Positions 50,349 to 59,547 of a stretch of DNA of 64,000 bases are shown here, one piece after another. Source of the stretch: a virus; IMG/VR virus record IMGVR_UViG_3300006802_000089, positions 1 through 64,000 of that record. The stretch is one strand, 5' to 3'. Below the pieces are notes generated by a model. It had not been told where the DNA came from and ran no database searches. It saw only the letters and a list, made by a program, of their open reading frames with translations. The translations under genes and the position numbers were made by a program. Every line of letters starts with the position of its first letter. The stretch's first letter is position 1.

Positions 50349-50498
50349 TCGTTGTCCTTCTGCAAGTTTATGTGTGCATCTGAAACAAGTAACTTTGACT
50401 GAATTCACATCACATCGTTCTACCAATGTGTTGCAATACTTACAATTTAGTGAGTGGAAATTTCCTCCACTGCCTTTTCTGAAACTCTTTTTTCTCAT
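50331..50498 (-). CDS. Small zinc-ribbon protein (55 aa)
   Basis: Not in track; MRKKSFRKGSGGNFHSLNCKYC...VTCFRC...; fills the gap in operon orientation. Confidence 0.65.
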   Translation of the reverse strand: MRKKSFRKGSGGNFHSLNCKYCNTLVERCDVNSVKVTCFRCTHKLAEGQRLEERK

Positions 50499-50503
50499 GT
50501 ATT

Positions 50504-51466
50504 TTATTTTTTACGTTTTGCTGATCTCCACACATTGTGTAATGAGTGTGGTTTGAAAGGTTTTGTATCTGTTTCTGGTTTAGCAGGAGATTCCTGAGTC
50601 GGGGCTTCAACCCTCTCGGCTTTACTCTCCTCAGATTTTGAATCTCCTTGAGCTGCTTCCGGAGCAGTATCATGTTTTGTTCGGGTAGCAAGTAATTTGT
50701 TTGCAGATACCAGCAACATTACGGCTAACGGATCAAACACTATTATAAATAATAATATAAACCAATTCACTACCAGATCCATGGATTTGCCAGTAATACC
50801 AGAAACATAGGTTAACGGTCCTAACTCTGCAGCTGCTTCATTGTTTATTTGAATGTCAAGTATTTTCATTTCAATTGCACTAACCGAATCTGCTGCAGCA
50901 ATTTCTGAATCTGCTAACTGATCTCTTCTGGCAATCTGAGAATCCAATTGTGCCTGCAACACTTTTCTGGTGGCCGTGCTGGTAGTGGTTATTCTGTTTC
51001 CGTCTCGGTCTATGTAGCTTATAACGTTGTTTGATAGCCCTTTAGTTAATTCTGATATATTAGCATTCAGTGATTCTTTTTCAGCTTGTATAGCATTTAA
51101 ATTGGTTGTGTATCTTTGTTTTTTCAGATCTAAAACCGATATTTCACTGTCCATTGCATTCATTTTGTATGCAGTATCTTGATATGAAGAAACCAAGAAT
51201 CCGTATATACCCAGACTGGTAATTGCCATAAGTATGACCATTGCGGCAGTTAAATAAGTTTTAGCAAACCAATTGATAGTACGCCATCGTGCATGCAAAT
51301 AAGAAGCTGTAACTAGTTTAGATGCTTCAAGTATCGAAGCCATAAATATTACCGCAGTTGCTTGAGATGAAAATAACTTGCTTAGTCCAAATATACTATA
51401 ATACGCTGCGGTTGCTGCCAAAGATAATGCTGACAGCAGCATTATGTACGGTAACATCCGTTTCAT
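50504..51466 (-). CDS. Multi-pass membrane coiled-coil protein
   Basis: Three N-terminal TM segments, LE..KLV, SLGIYGFL, coiled coil, GPL.Y, IIVFDPLA TM. Confidence 0.75.
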   Translation of the reverse strand: MKRMLPYIMLLSALSLAATAAYYSIFGLSKLFSSQATAVIFMASILEASKLVTASYLHARWRTINWFAKTYLTAAMVILMAITSLGIYGFLVSSYQDTAYKMNAMDSEISVLDLKKQRYTTNLNAIQAEKESLNANISELTKGLSNNVISYIDRDGNRITTTSTATRKVLQAQLDSQIARRDQLADSEIAAADSVSAIEMKILDIQINNEAAAELGPLTYVSGITGKSMDLVVNWFILLFIIVFDPLAVMLLVSANKLLATRTKHDTAPEAAQGDSKSEESKAERVEAPTQESPAKPETDTKPFKPHSLHNVWRSAKRKK

Positions 51467-51470
51467 GTGA

Positions 51471-51650
51471 TTACTCCCGATCGACGAAATACTTTGCCGA
51501 CTCTATTTTTTTAAGAGCTCTGGCCAGATTATCTAACGTAGATCTTTTGTCTATTTTTCCTTCCGTAAGCATCTTTCCGACATTTCTTACGATTTCGTGT
51601 GCCTCTGTGAGGTCATCTGTAACTTTTGCTTTGTATCTGTAATACGCCAT
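51471..51650 (-). CDS. Small hypothetical protein (59 aa)
   Basis: Not in track; MAYYRYKAKVTDDLTEAHEIVRNVG...FVDRE fills the gap. Confidence 0.6.
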   Translation of the reverse strand: MAYYRYKAKVTDDLTEAHEIVRNVGKMLTEGKIDKRSTLDNLARALKKIESAKYFVDRE

Positions 51651-51668
51651 AATTTATTTGGTTTTTTA

Positions 51669-52217
51669 TTAATTTACTGATATAGTTACATCAAAATTAG
51701 AATGTCTATCTGCAGTGCTAATTGTTTTAACTGAGATTAAATATCCGTTTTCTGAATGTATTTCTTTAACTTCAAAATGAGTAGCATATGGTTCATGAAA
51801 TTTAATATAACCTACATATACTCCATCACTGTTATGCATTTTGATTTCATAATTTGAATTTTCTCCTGCCCAACAAATACCACTTGATGTTGTGCTACAA
51901 GTAGTAATTACATCATGGTTTAAAGTACACCATTGAGGATTAATCACTACATCTTTAATACATTGCTCATAATCAGAACTTTTTTGCACATGAATTGAAT
52001 CATCTAAATCACTGTTTCTGAATGCTTGGGCATCTAATGAAATTGTTGCTTGCAATGAAGCAGAACTTCCTTTTCTCCAATCACCTACACTGTTGTTTGG
52101 TGCTACTAGGTGTACTAATACTGCTATAGATATTAATAATACCCAAGTAGATTTTTTACTAAATAAGTTTTTAACTCGTTCTAATAAACTTTTAATTTTT
52201 GCAACTGTTGTTTTCAT
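51669..52217 (-). CDS. Membrane-anchored exported hypothetical protein
   Basis: TM helix near N-terminus, four Cys; late motif upstream. Confidence 0.6.
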   Translation of the reverse strand: MKTTVAKIKSLLERVKNLFSKKSTWVLLISIAVLVHLVAPNNSVGDWRKGSSASLQATISLDAQAFRNSDLDDSIHVQKSSDYEQCIKDVVINPQWCTLNHDVITTCSTTSSGICWAGENSNYEIKMHNSDGVYVGYIKFHEPYATHFEVKEIHSENGYLISVKTISTADRHSNFDVTISVN

Positions 52218-52249
52218 ATTTGTTTCTTTTTTAATTTAATATAAATATG

Positions 52250-53269
52250 TTATACTAGTATTTGCTGCTGGCAACATTCGACACCAATCTGTTGCAGTGT
52301 TAATTCTTTTGCCTTAGCTTCAACCTCGATGTCTAAGTCGTCAACACCATATGTGTTAGGTAGATCGACAATATAGTCGGAATGAGCCTGCTCTTTGATC
52401 TTGGTGAATGCCTTGTATTCTTTGTGAAATGTAGGCCAATCAGCAATATTGTCCATGCTGATGCCGTTATGCTCGAACATTCGCTCGATAAGCAGTTGCT
52501 GTTCGCGTCTGCGAGACTCACTGTAATGAGTGCACTGAGTAACACCGTGCTTAGTCCATGTCTCACGTGCCATGAAGAATGCCTCCTGCTCGGATATGTC
52601 GCCGGTATTGAAAGTGTGATGCCAATAGTCAAACGTAATAGGAATATCGGTATGCACATGCACCATCTCATACAATTCACGCACAGAATACAAAGAAGCC
52701 TTGTCGTCATTCTCTAGCACAAGACGTGCACGTAAGCCGTCAGACAATCGTGAATAGTTTTGAAGCCATCGTGCAATAGTGCCGGACTTGTCGCCGTATG
52801 CTGCGCCTACATGAATATTGATAAGATTGTCAAAACTAGGAGCATAACCCATAAGGTCAAACATTTCGCTGTGTCGTTCGAGACCTATGATGCTGTTGTC
52901 GACAACATCGGCCTTAGGCGAACCTAGTATGTGAAATGGACCTGGGTGTGTAGTTAGACGATGACCATGCGCGCGAGCAAAGTCGCCGGCAGCACGAAGA
53001 TGATGTGTAATTTCATCTAGGCCAGGTAAATCTGTTAGCTCGTAATGATTCCAACGTGGAAATATCTCGGAACCGATGCGAAACAATCGTATGCCTTGCT
53101 GTTCGTTCCACTGCAGTATAGGAAGCAAATCTTTTGCATTTTGCAGAGATATGTCAGATGCTAACTGCATACCACCTTGTCGAAATTTGCGATCAATCAT
53201 GGTGCGACCGGTGCGGATGCCCTGCTTGCCGAGCTGCATGTTGATACAACAATAACCAAATCTAATCAT
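52250..53269 (-). CDS. uvsE: UV DNA damage endonuclease (UvsE/UVDE)
   Basis: IRFGYCCIN, LFRIGS, RLTTHP, NIHVG, LVLENDD, FDYWHH, HYSE, AHSDY, EAKAKE motifs. Confidence 0.93.
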   Translation of the reverse strand: MIRFGYCCINMQLGKQGIRTGRTMIDRKFRQGGMQLASDISLQNAKDLLPILQWNEQQGIRLFRIGSEIFPRWNHYELTDLPGLDEITHHLRAAGDFARAHGHRLTTHPGPFHILGSPKADVVDNSIIGLERHSEMFDLMGYAPSFDNLINIHVGAAYGDKSGTIARWLQNYSRLSDGLRARLVLENDDKASLYSVRELYEMVHVHTDIPITFDYWHHTFNTGDISEQEAFFMARETWTKHGVTQCTHYSESRRREQQLLIERMFEHNGISMDNIADWPTFHKEYKAFTKIKEQAHSDYIVDLPNTYGVDDLDIEVEAKAKELTLQQIGVECCQQQILV

Positions 53270-53283
53270 AGTATTTTTTTATT

Positions 53284-53312
53284 AATATAAGTAAAATTTT
53301 TCAAAAATCCTA
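53284..53312 (-). promoter_or_regulatory. Class II promoter TAGGAT-N17-TATATT (uvsE)
   Basis: Direct sequence match. Confidence 0.55.
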
Positions 53313-53336
53313 ATAACGATGTTTTTTAATTTTCGT

Positions 53337-53345
53337 ATATTTATA
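53337..53345 (+). promoter_or_regulatory. Class I (late) motif ATATTTATA on plus strand
   Basis: Orientation flips with the plus-strand gene at 53368. Confidence 0.65.
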
Positions 53346-53367
53346 ATAAATAAAATAGAATGTATAC

Positions 53368-54609
53368 ATGATACGGTTAAAACATTTATTAATTGAACAA
53401 ACACGTGTTTCTCCAACTACTTACAACACTGTGTCTATTGAAACAACGATGCAAACTTTGACAAGGGACATTGCTAATTATAATCCTAATACTGGTTATA
53501 TTGCAATAACCAATGGTAATCTATGGCTAGCAACACAACGATCTAATTCTTTAAGAGATTTATTATTGCAGCCAGAAACACAAGAGAGTATTGGTATTAC
53601 AAGACCCATAAACCCTAATTGGATCCGAATCCAGCCACCTACAGTACAAGGAGAAGGCCAAGCCAATCAGAAAGTTGTAGGAACATTACAAGCTAGATTA
53701 TTTCGTCCGGAGGAAAGACAAGAAGAATATCCGTATCAAATCAATTATGAATGGCATGAAATAAATAATGTTCCTCATATCCTTGTTACAAAACAAGGAT
53801 TAGGTGCACCTCAACCGCATAATGTTAATAAAACAGGAGCTAATAGTGAATTGGATGTCAATAAAGATACTGCTGTGTATAATAAAATGAAACAATTCCA
53901 AAACAAAATTCCGGAAAATAATACGAAGATCTTAAGAGCTCTTTCAGGAGCCGGAACAGCACAAGGCCCAGTTTACACGGATACTACATGGGGTATCATG
54001 ATACCAGTACCTCAGGATCTTTATAAATATGTTGCAAAACAAGGAACATTTATATATTTTACAGAAGAACAAAAAGATAGTTATATTAAAACTAAAGATA
54101 TGATAACAAAATATGTAGATAATACAGGAATTAGAACAGGTGAAAACTATACTGATTTTACTCAGGTTCGTGGCAGTGGAGATACTCAGTTTGGAAACAC
54201 AACGGGTAGGTCTGCAACTGCATGGGACAAACAAGGAAATTATAATAATAGTTCACAAGTAAACGTTGTATCATATGATAAATCTACAACTGGTAATGTT
54301 CCTGGCCAGGTTATATCTGGCAAAGAGGAAAAATGGGAAACATTGGATGTTATTAACTTAGATGAAAATTATTTTATAGCAAACATGATAAGTTTGAAGC
54401 CGGATACATATAATACTATATTTGCAAATATAAAAAATATATTAGCAAACAAATTTGAACAAGAACAACTAGCATTCGTAGATTTAGCAGTTACAATACA
54501 AGGATTTGCATCAACAGCCCGTGCTACTAACAGATTATCCGGTGGTCTCACAACTCCTGATCATGATTACGGCGGCCGCGTGCCAGCAAATCTTTGGATA
54601 TATAGGTAA
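53368..54609 (+). CDS. Putative packaged protein (MIRLKHLLIE) with OmpA-C-like segments in permuted order
   Basis: NLWLATQRSNSLRDLL near N-terminus; VTIQGFAS near C-terminus. Confidence 0.55.
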   Translation: MIRLKHLLIEQTRVSPTTYNTVSIETTMQTLTRDIANYNPNTGYIAITNGNLWLATQRSNSLRDLLLQPETQESIGITRPINPNWIRIQPPTVQGEGQANQKVVGTLQARLFRPEERQEEYPYQINYEWHEINNVPHILVTKQGLGAPQPHNVNKTGANSELDVNKDTAVYNKMKQFQNKIPENNTKILRALSGAGTAQGPVYTDTTWGIMIPVPQDLYKYVAKQGTFIYFTEEQKDSYIKTKDMITKYVDNTGIRTGENYTDFTQVRGSGDTQFGNTTGRSATAWDKQGNYNNSSQVNVVSYDKSTTGNVPGQVISGKEEKWETLDVINLDENYFIANMISLKPDTYNTIFANIKNILANKFEQEQLAFVDLAVTIQGFASTARATNRLSGGLTTPDHDYGGRVPANLWIYR

Positions 54610-54631
54610 ATACTTAATTCTGTTAAAATTA

Positions 54632-55195
54632 TTAATCAAAAATCGCGGTATAATAATCTTCCCACTCAGTGTAAAAATTTTTTCGGCCAACATAAGATCT
54701 AAACGCAAATCCGGTACCGATATATTTGTTGTTAGGATCTAAAAGTGCATCTCTGTGAGCATCTGATGTCATCCATTGTCGTACATGTAACTCGGCATTA
54801 TGTTTTACCCGCGTTAGAAAATTTCCATTTCCATAAGTAATTACTTCATCCATTCCGTTACCAGAATGTTGATATTTGTTTTTACTCATCCATACCGAAT
54901 GACGTTGAGCTTCTTTCATGAAATCGTCACGAGGAATAAGTGCATTCAATCCTCGTTTCGTTCTTTCATAATTAATGAAACGAATCATGATTTCTCTGTA
55001 TGTTTCGATGTGTTGAAGATTTAACTCTGCAACACTGTCTGCGTATAATAAATCAGACAAATCAACTTCATGATAAGTATCACATAAACTATCTAATAAT
55101 TCAAGATGTACTTGTCTTAAAGAATCTCTATACTTAGTTTGGGAATGTGATAAAGTAACAATCGTTACGGCTAGTATTACTAATAACTTTTTCAT
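54632..55195 (-). CDS. Secreted CAP/SCP-domain protein
   Basis: Signal peptide; INYER..RGL..L, AQRHS.WM, H, E, WMTS..HR..LL, IG.G. Confidence 0.85.
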   Translation of the reverse strand: MKKLLVILAVTIVTLSHSQTKYRDSLRQVHLELLDSLCDTYHEVDLSDLLYADSVAELNLQHIETYREIMIRFINYERTKRGLNALIPRDDFMKEAQRHSVWMSKNKYQHSGNGMDEVITYGNGNFLTRVKHNAELHVRQWMTSDAHRDALLDPNNKYIGTGFAFRSYVGRKNFYTEWEDYYTAIFD

Positions 55196-55234
55196 GGCTT
55201 TAATTTTTAATTTGTTAACTATTTAATTTTATAT

Positions 55235-55263
55235 ATTATATGTAATATTTTTCACAAATCCAA
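55235..55263 (-). promoter_or_regulatory. Class II promoter TTGGAT-N17-TATAAT (CAP gene)
   Basis: Direct sequence match. Confidence 0.6.
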
Positions 55264-55287
55264 ATATCACTGAAATTAAAAACGAAT

Positions 55288-55296
55288 ATATTTATA
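55288..55296 (+). promoter_or_regulatory. Class I (late) motif ATATTTATA, 4 nt before ATG
   Basis: Plus-strand orientation matching gene 55301. Confidence 0.65.
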
Positions 55297-55300
55297 TTAA

Positions 55301-56749
55301 ATGATTAGATTAGCCGATATACTGAAAGAATCCGAATATGCTCATTACCGCAATCTGCGTTACGGATTAACGGAACAAGAAGAAGGCAATTGGTTTACTA
55401 ACTGGATAAAAGACGCTGGCCAAGAATATGTTAAATATAAAAAAGCTGAAACTGAAGCACATATGGAACTGGCTCGTAAACTATACGAATATCGACATGG
55501 CCTTTTAGATATAGCAGAAATAGCAACTCTTTTCTGGCCTCCGGTATCTGCAGCAATAGGTGCCGCTCATGCTGGACTATATTTTTATGAAGGCGATCCT
55601 GAAATGGGTGTTTTATATTTAGTATTTGCTGGAATGACAGGACTTCCTCCTGCACCAATTAAATGGCTAGCTAAATATATAAAAGCTCTTAAAACCGGCG
55701 ATCAAGTCGTAGCAAAAAGTATTGAACAGGGACTAGGACAAACTGAAAAAAAAGCATTAGAAAAAATGTCTGAAATGGGTGCAAGAAAATCAGGAGAAGA
55801 GGTAGTAAAATGGACATCAAAAGGCCTGGCTCAAAACGCTGATTTTTTTGCTAGAGAGGCATTTAGCAATCAAATAGGCAAATTTGCATCTAAATTGCCA
55901 GCACAATCATTAAAACCATCATATGGTCGAGTAGTATTAAATATACTCAAATATATATTCAGATACGCAGGGAAATTTTTGCTCGGTGGATCTAAGTTTG
56001 TCGGCACACTATATGTATTTCATCATATTTTAAAAGTGTATCATTGGTTATGGGAAACGTATTATTACGTCGGACAGAGTCCAGAAGAATTTAGTAAAGA
56101 ATTAGGATTAGACAACACAATAAATTGGGATTCAGCAGATCCAATATTAAAACAAGTGATTACTGGTGAGTCTACTGAAAAAAATACTATTAAATTATCA
56201 AGTTTAATATCAGAAAACTCAAATATGCCTGATTTCCTAGGAAAAATATTCGATGCAGTCGAAGATTGGTCATCACAATTAGATGAAACGTCAAACTCAA
56301 TTATTGAACTAATGACAACTAAATCAGAGTTGTCTGACAATGAAATTAAATCGATAGCTAAGACTATACTAAGTAAACACATGGATATGAGCAATGCGCC
56401 TAGAAAAAAACGAGCATATATAGATTCTGGTGATGTTACTCAGTCTGTAGCTGCAACTGATCCAAATGCAAAACAAGCTGCAGCTGCATTATACAAGTCC
56501 ATGAAAGGCTTAGGCACCGACGAAACATTGTTGTTTAAAACTTTACAAGACATGATAGATAATCCAACTTGGGGATATCAAGCAGTTGTCGAATTTAATA
56601 GTAACTCAAAATACAATGAGGGTGATGATTTAAAATCCTGGTTAGAAGGTGATTTATCATTTGGATCAGAACGAAAAGCATTGGAAATGCTTGATCAGAT
56701 CATGAATACTGCTAATAATACTAGTAACTCCGGCGGTGGTGGATGGTAA
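55301..56749 (+). CDS. Putative packaged protein: targeting peptide, pre-toxin-TG-like hydrophobic segment, C-terminal annexin repeat
   Basis: MIRLADILKE; HGLLDIA...LYFYEGD; AAALYKSMKGLGTDETLL...DLKSWLEGDLS. Confidence 0.65.
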   Translation: MIRLADILKESEYAHYRNLRYGLTEQEEGNWFTNWIKDAGQEYVKYKKAETEAHMELARKLYEYRHGLLDIAEIATLFWPPVSAAIGAAHAGLYFYEGDPEMGVLYLVFAGMTGLPPAPIKWLAKYIKALKTGDQVVAKSIEQGLGQTEKKALEKMSEMGARKSGEEVVKWTSKGLAQNADFFAREAFSNQIGKFASKLPAQSLKPSYGRVVLNILKYIFRYAGKFLLGGSKFVGTLYVFHHILKVYHWLWETYYYVGQSPEEFSKELGLDNTINWDSADPILKQVITGESTEKNTIKLSSLISENSNMPDFLGKIFDAVEDWSSQLDETSNSIIELMTTKSELSDNEIKSIAKTILSKHMDMSNAPRKKRAYIDSGDVTQSVAATDPNAKQAAAALYKSMKGLGTDETLLFKTLQDMIDNPTWGYQAVVEFNSNSKYNEGDDLKSWLEGDLSFGSERKALEMLDQIMNTANNTSNSGGGGW

Positions 56750-56768
56750 AATATAAATAATAAAAATT

Positions 56769-58343
56769 ATGATACGATTAAAAAGAATACTAGAACAAAA
56801 ATCTTCATATAGTAACATTGATAAGTTAGATAAAAATTTCGAAATTAAATTATCAAGCTTGATATCAGAACAAATCACAGATACAAATCAAGCCGGTAAA
56901 ACAGTAGACGCAGCTGCGGCAGATTTACACGATTCAATGGATTGGCTGGGAACAGACGAAGACTTATTATTCGCTACTTTAAAAGCAATGGCTGATGAAC
57001 CGGCTTGGGGTCAACAAGTTATCGATCGATTTAATAGTGCTGAGAAATACAGTGAAGGTGATGATTTGAATGATTGGTTGGATGGAGATTTGTCTGGCAA
57101 TGATTTGACAAAAGCAAAGGCGTATATAAAGACCATCGAAGCTGTATCGTCCGATCAACAAGAATCGAAATCGATTGATGAAAAATTAATGCTAGAAATA
57201 AGAGAAAACGCACAACAGCTTTATGGAGCTCCATCTGAAGATTTAGCGGACCAGATATTCGGTTGGCTTTGGTGGGAGAATGGATTAAAGATATTAGGAG
57301 TTTTAACAATTGCGCTGGCTGCAGGTGCTGGCCTGGAGAGGCTGGGGGTGGACCTGAAAAACACTGCCCTAGGTAAGGGTGTTAAAAAGTTACTTGCAAT
57401 ACCGGGATGGATTTTTAAAAAAGCATGGATTAGTGGAGTGTCATGGCCCTTATTCCGAGGTGTTTTAAGAATTCCTTCAAAATATATGCCATGGCTGATC
57501 AAATTTTCAAGTAAAACATTTCAACGAAACTGGATTAAAGAATCGTTATTAAAACCATTTCGCAATGTTATGAATAAATACGAAAAAGAATCCTATGAAC
57601 ATACAAAAATAAAAACATGGATAGACAATATTTCAGTTGCCTTAGATAAAGAATCTGATACTGTAGATGCATTAGTAACCAGTGTATATAATAAACTAAA
57701 AACATCTGCTTATGAAGTATTATATAATCTACGCAATGGAAAGATGTCGCAGTACGCCACCCTGCCGGCCAGCATGGAAGCGGGTTTTGTAGAAATTTTA
57801 GGAGATTTATATCGAATAGATCCAGCAAGATTTGGTAAATCATTTGCAGAAGAGATGATGACAAAATTAGAAGTCACAGCTGAAAGTCGTTCTAAAATTT
57901 TAGCTGAATTAGAAAAGTTTTATCCAAAAGTTGAAAAAGAATCGGAAACAATAATTCGAGCGTACAAAGAATTGCCTACGGCAGTAAAAGAATTACCAGG
58001 ATATGAAAATATATATAACAGATATTCTAACAAAATAGCAAATGCTGAAGAAACAATTGAATTATTATATAATAATATAAAAACTGGAAATTTAGGGCCT
58101 GGTTCCGGACTTCCAAATTACTTTAATCGAATTGCTAACTCGATCGAGCGGCCGTCGACAACCAATCCATCCAAATGGTATAATGAGTTTGGTCAATATT
58201 CTGATAACGTTCGTATTCAAATAGGTTGGGATCCTATTAAACAACGGCCGTTTGACCACGCTGTGAAAAGATTTCAAAACGAGATGAACCGAGATCAGAT
58301 GTTATGGGATCTTAACAATACCATGAAATCAGCTATTAAATAA
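56769..58343 (+). CDS. Putative packaged protein: targeting peptide, annexin repeat, TM segment
   Basis: MIRLKRILEQ; AADLHDSMDWLGTDEDLL...DLNDWLDGDLSG; ILGVLTIALAAGAGL. Confidence 0.65.
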   Translation: MIRLKRILEQKSSYSNIDKLDKNFEIKLSSLISEQITDTNQAGKTVDAAAADLHDSMDWLGTDEDLLFATLKAMADEPAWGQQVIDRFNSAEKYSEGDDLNDWLDGDLSGNDLTKAKAYIKTIEAVSSDQQESKSIDEKLMLEIRENAQQLYGAPSEDLADQIFGWLWWENGLKILGVLTIALAAGAGLERLGVDLKNTALGKGVKKLLAIPGWIFKKAWISGVSWPLFRGVLRIPSKYMPWLIKFSSKTFQRNWIKESLLKPFRNVMNKYEKESYEHTKIKTWIDNISVALDKESDTVDALVTSVYNKLKTSAYEVLYNLRNGKMSQYATLPASMEAGFVEILGDLYRIDPARFGKSFAEEMMTKLEVTAESRSKILAELEKFYPKVEKESETIIRAYKELPTAVKELPGYENIYNRYSNKIANAEETIELLYNNIKTGNLGPGSGLPNYFNRIANSIERPSTTNPSKWYNEFGQYSDNVRIQIGWDPIKQRPFDHAVKRFQNEMNRDQMLWDLNNTMKSAIK

Positions 58344-58348
58344 ATTTA

Positions 58349-58900
58349 TTATTTCTTAACAAATCCGTTCAAAAAGTCTTTTTGCCGTTGAACTGCTTGA
58401 TCTAATTCGGTATTTTTTCGTTTAACAGATTTTGATTTTTTCTTAGTGTCATTTGAAGTGCTGCGGTTAGCAGCATTTTTTGTGGCATCAGATTTTCTTG
58501 ATGTGCTAGTTGTATTTGAGCGGTCATTGCTATTAGAATCTGATCTAACGCCTGTTGTTTGAGTTGGTATGCTATCAGTTGTCCTTCTGGACTCTGCATG
58601 TATTGTTCTATCCGCAGTTTCTGGTTTAACTCCTCGGCGGACCGTTTCTGATTCGAGTAGGATACCGTAGTCTGCGTGTTCCGACTTGTAATCACCGATT
58701 TGAATGCCGCACGTATACGTGAAACCAGCTGCTTTAATTTTGTAACGAACATGTTCATGTGTTTTATATGTTTCTACTAGTTCTCCACGAATAAATTCGC
58801 CTAACCAAGTCATACACACAAAATCTCCAGGATTGAATTGTGGTTTTTTGAATTTTGCCTGTATGTACTTAGGAACTTCTTGTTTTTTCTTTTTTGCCAT
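58349..58900 (-). CDS. Hypothetical protein (SH3-like N-terminus, Ser/Thr/Lys-rich tail)
   Basis: PQFNPGDFV...G.LV...RYKI pattern. Confidence 0.55.
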   Translation of the reverse strand: MAKKKKQEVPKYIQAKFKKPQFNPGDFVCMTWLGEFIRGELVETYKTHEHVRYKIKAAGFTYTCGIQIGDYKSEHADYGILLESETVRRGVKPETADRTIHAESRRTTDSIPTQTTGVRSDSNSNDRSNTTSTSRKSDATKNAANRSTSNDTKKKSKSVKRKNTELDQAVQRQKDFLNGFVKK

Positions 58901-58901
58901 A

Positions 58902-59387
58902 TCAATTAGGACATAAAACCGGATTGATACCGATTATGCTATAAACTCGTAGATATTTAGTTAATTTGTCTTTGCGAAACACTTTTTCGGTGTTTAAATC
59001 TCTGCTCAAGATATATCCGTTATCAAAGAAATTGTATACTATGTGACGTAAAGCCTTCAAGCTATTAGATTCCAATAAAACTTGTTCTTCATCTATCAGT
59101 ATGTCTACTCGTTTATGAGTTTCGGGTATATCTTCCGATTCAACTTCAAAATACCCTCGTTCTGAATCATCGTCATCGTCTGGATCTTCTTCTAAATTTT
59201 TAGTTAATTCATCAAAGAAGTCTCCTAGTATTTGCGAAAAGCCATCTTTCTGGATGGCATCATGTGATTCGAATATATCTGCTAGATATTGAAATTTTTC
59301 TGCCGGACTATGTTTCAACATGCTTTGGTATTCTTTTTTGCTAACCTTGATATGTTGAAAAACATTTTTCATTGCATTATACTTCAT
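58902..59387 (-). CDS. Hypothetical protein
   Basis: 161-aa ORF in operon. Confidence 0.6.
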   Translation of the reverse strand: MKYNAMKNVFQHIKVSKKEYQSMLKHSPAEKFQYLADIFESHDAIQKDGFSQILGDFFDELTKNLEEDPDDDDDSERGYFEVESEDIPETHKRVDILIDEEQVLLESNSLKALRHIVYNFFDNGYILSRDLNTEKVFRKDKLTKYLRVYSIIGINPVLCPN

Positions 59388-59544
59388 CTGTTACGGTATA
59401 TAGTTTCATGAATTCATTTACGTGCAGATTCTTAATTTTCGCAAAATGTTCTGCTGCTTCGTAAATATTGAAAGCTTTGCATTTTGCTATGATTTCCTTC
59501 GAAGAATCATTGCTAGCATAAAAGCCGAATACTATCTTGTCCAT
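59377..59544 (-). CDS. Small hypothetical protein (55 aa)
   Basis: Not in track; MDKIVFGFYASNDSSKEII...EAAEHFAKIKNL...EFMKLYTV. Confidence 0.65.
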   Translation of the reverse strand: MDKIVFGFYASNDSSKEIIAKCKAFNIYEAAEHFAKIKNLHVNEFMKLYTVTDEV

Positions 59545-59547
59545 TTA

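Noticed and set aside
50440-50691. Same-strand overlapping ORF (also 15263..15472, 26504..26689, 42249..42521, 52333..52710, 58402..58758)
   Set aside because: Alternate frames inside well-supported genes; a better 55-aa zinc-ribbon ORF explains 50331..50498
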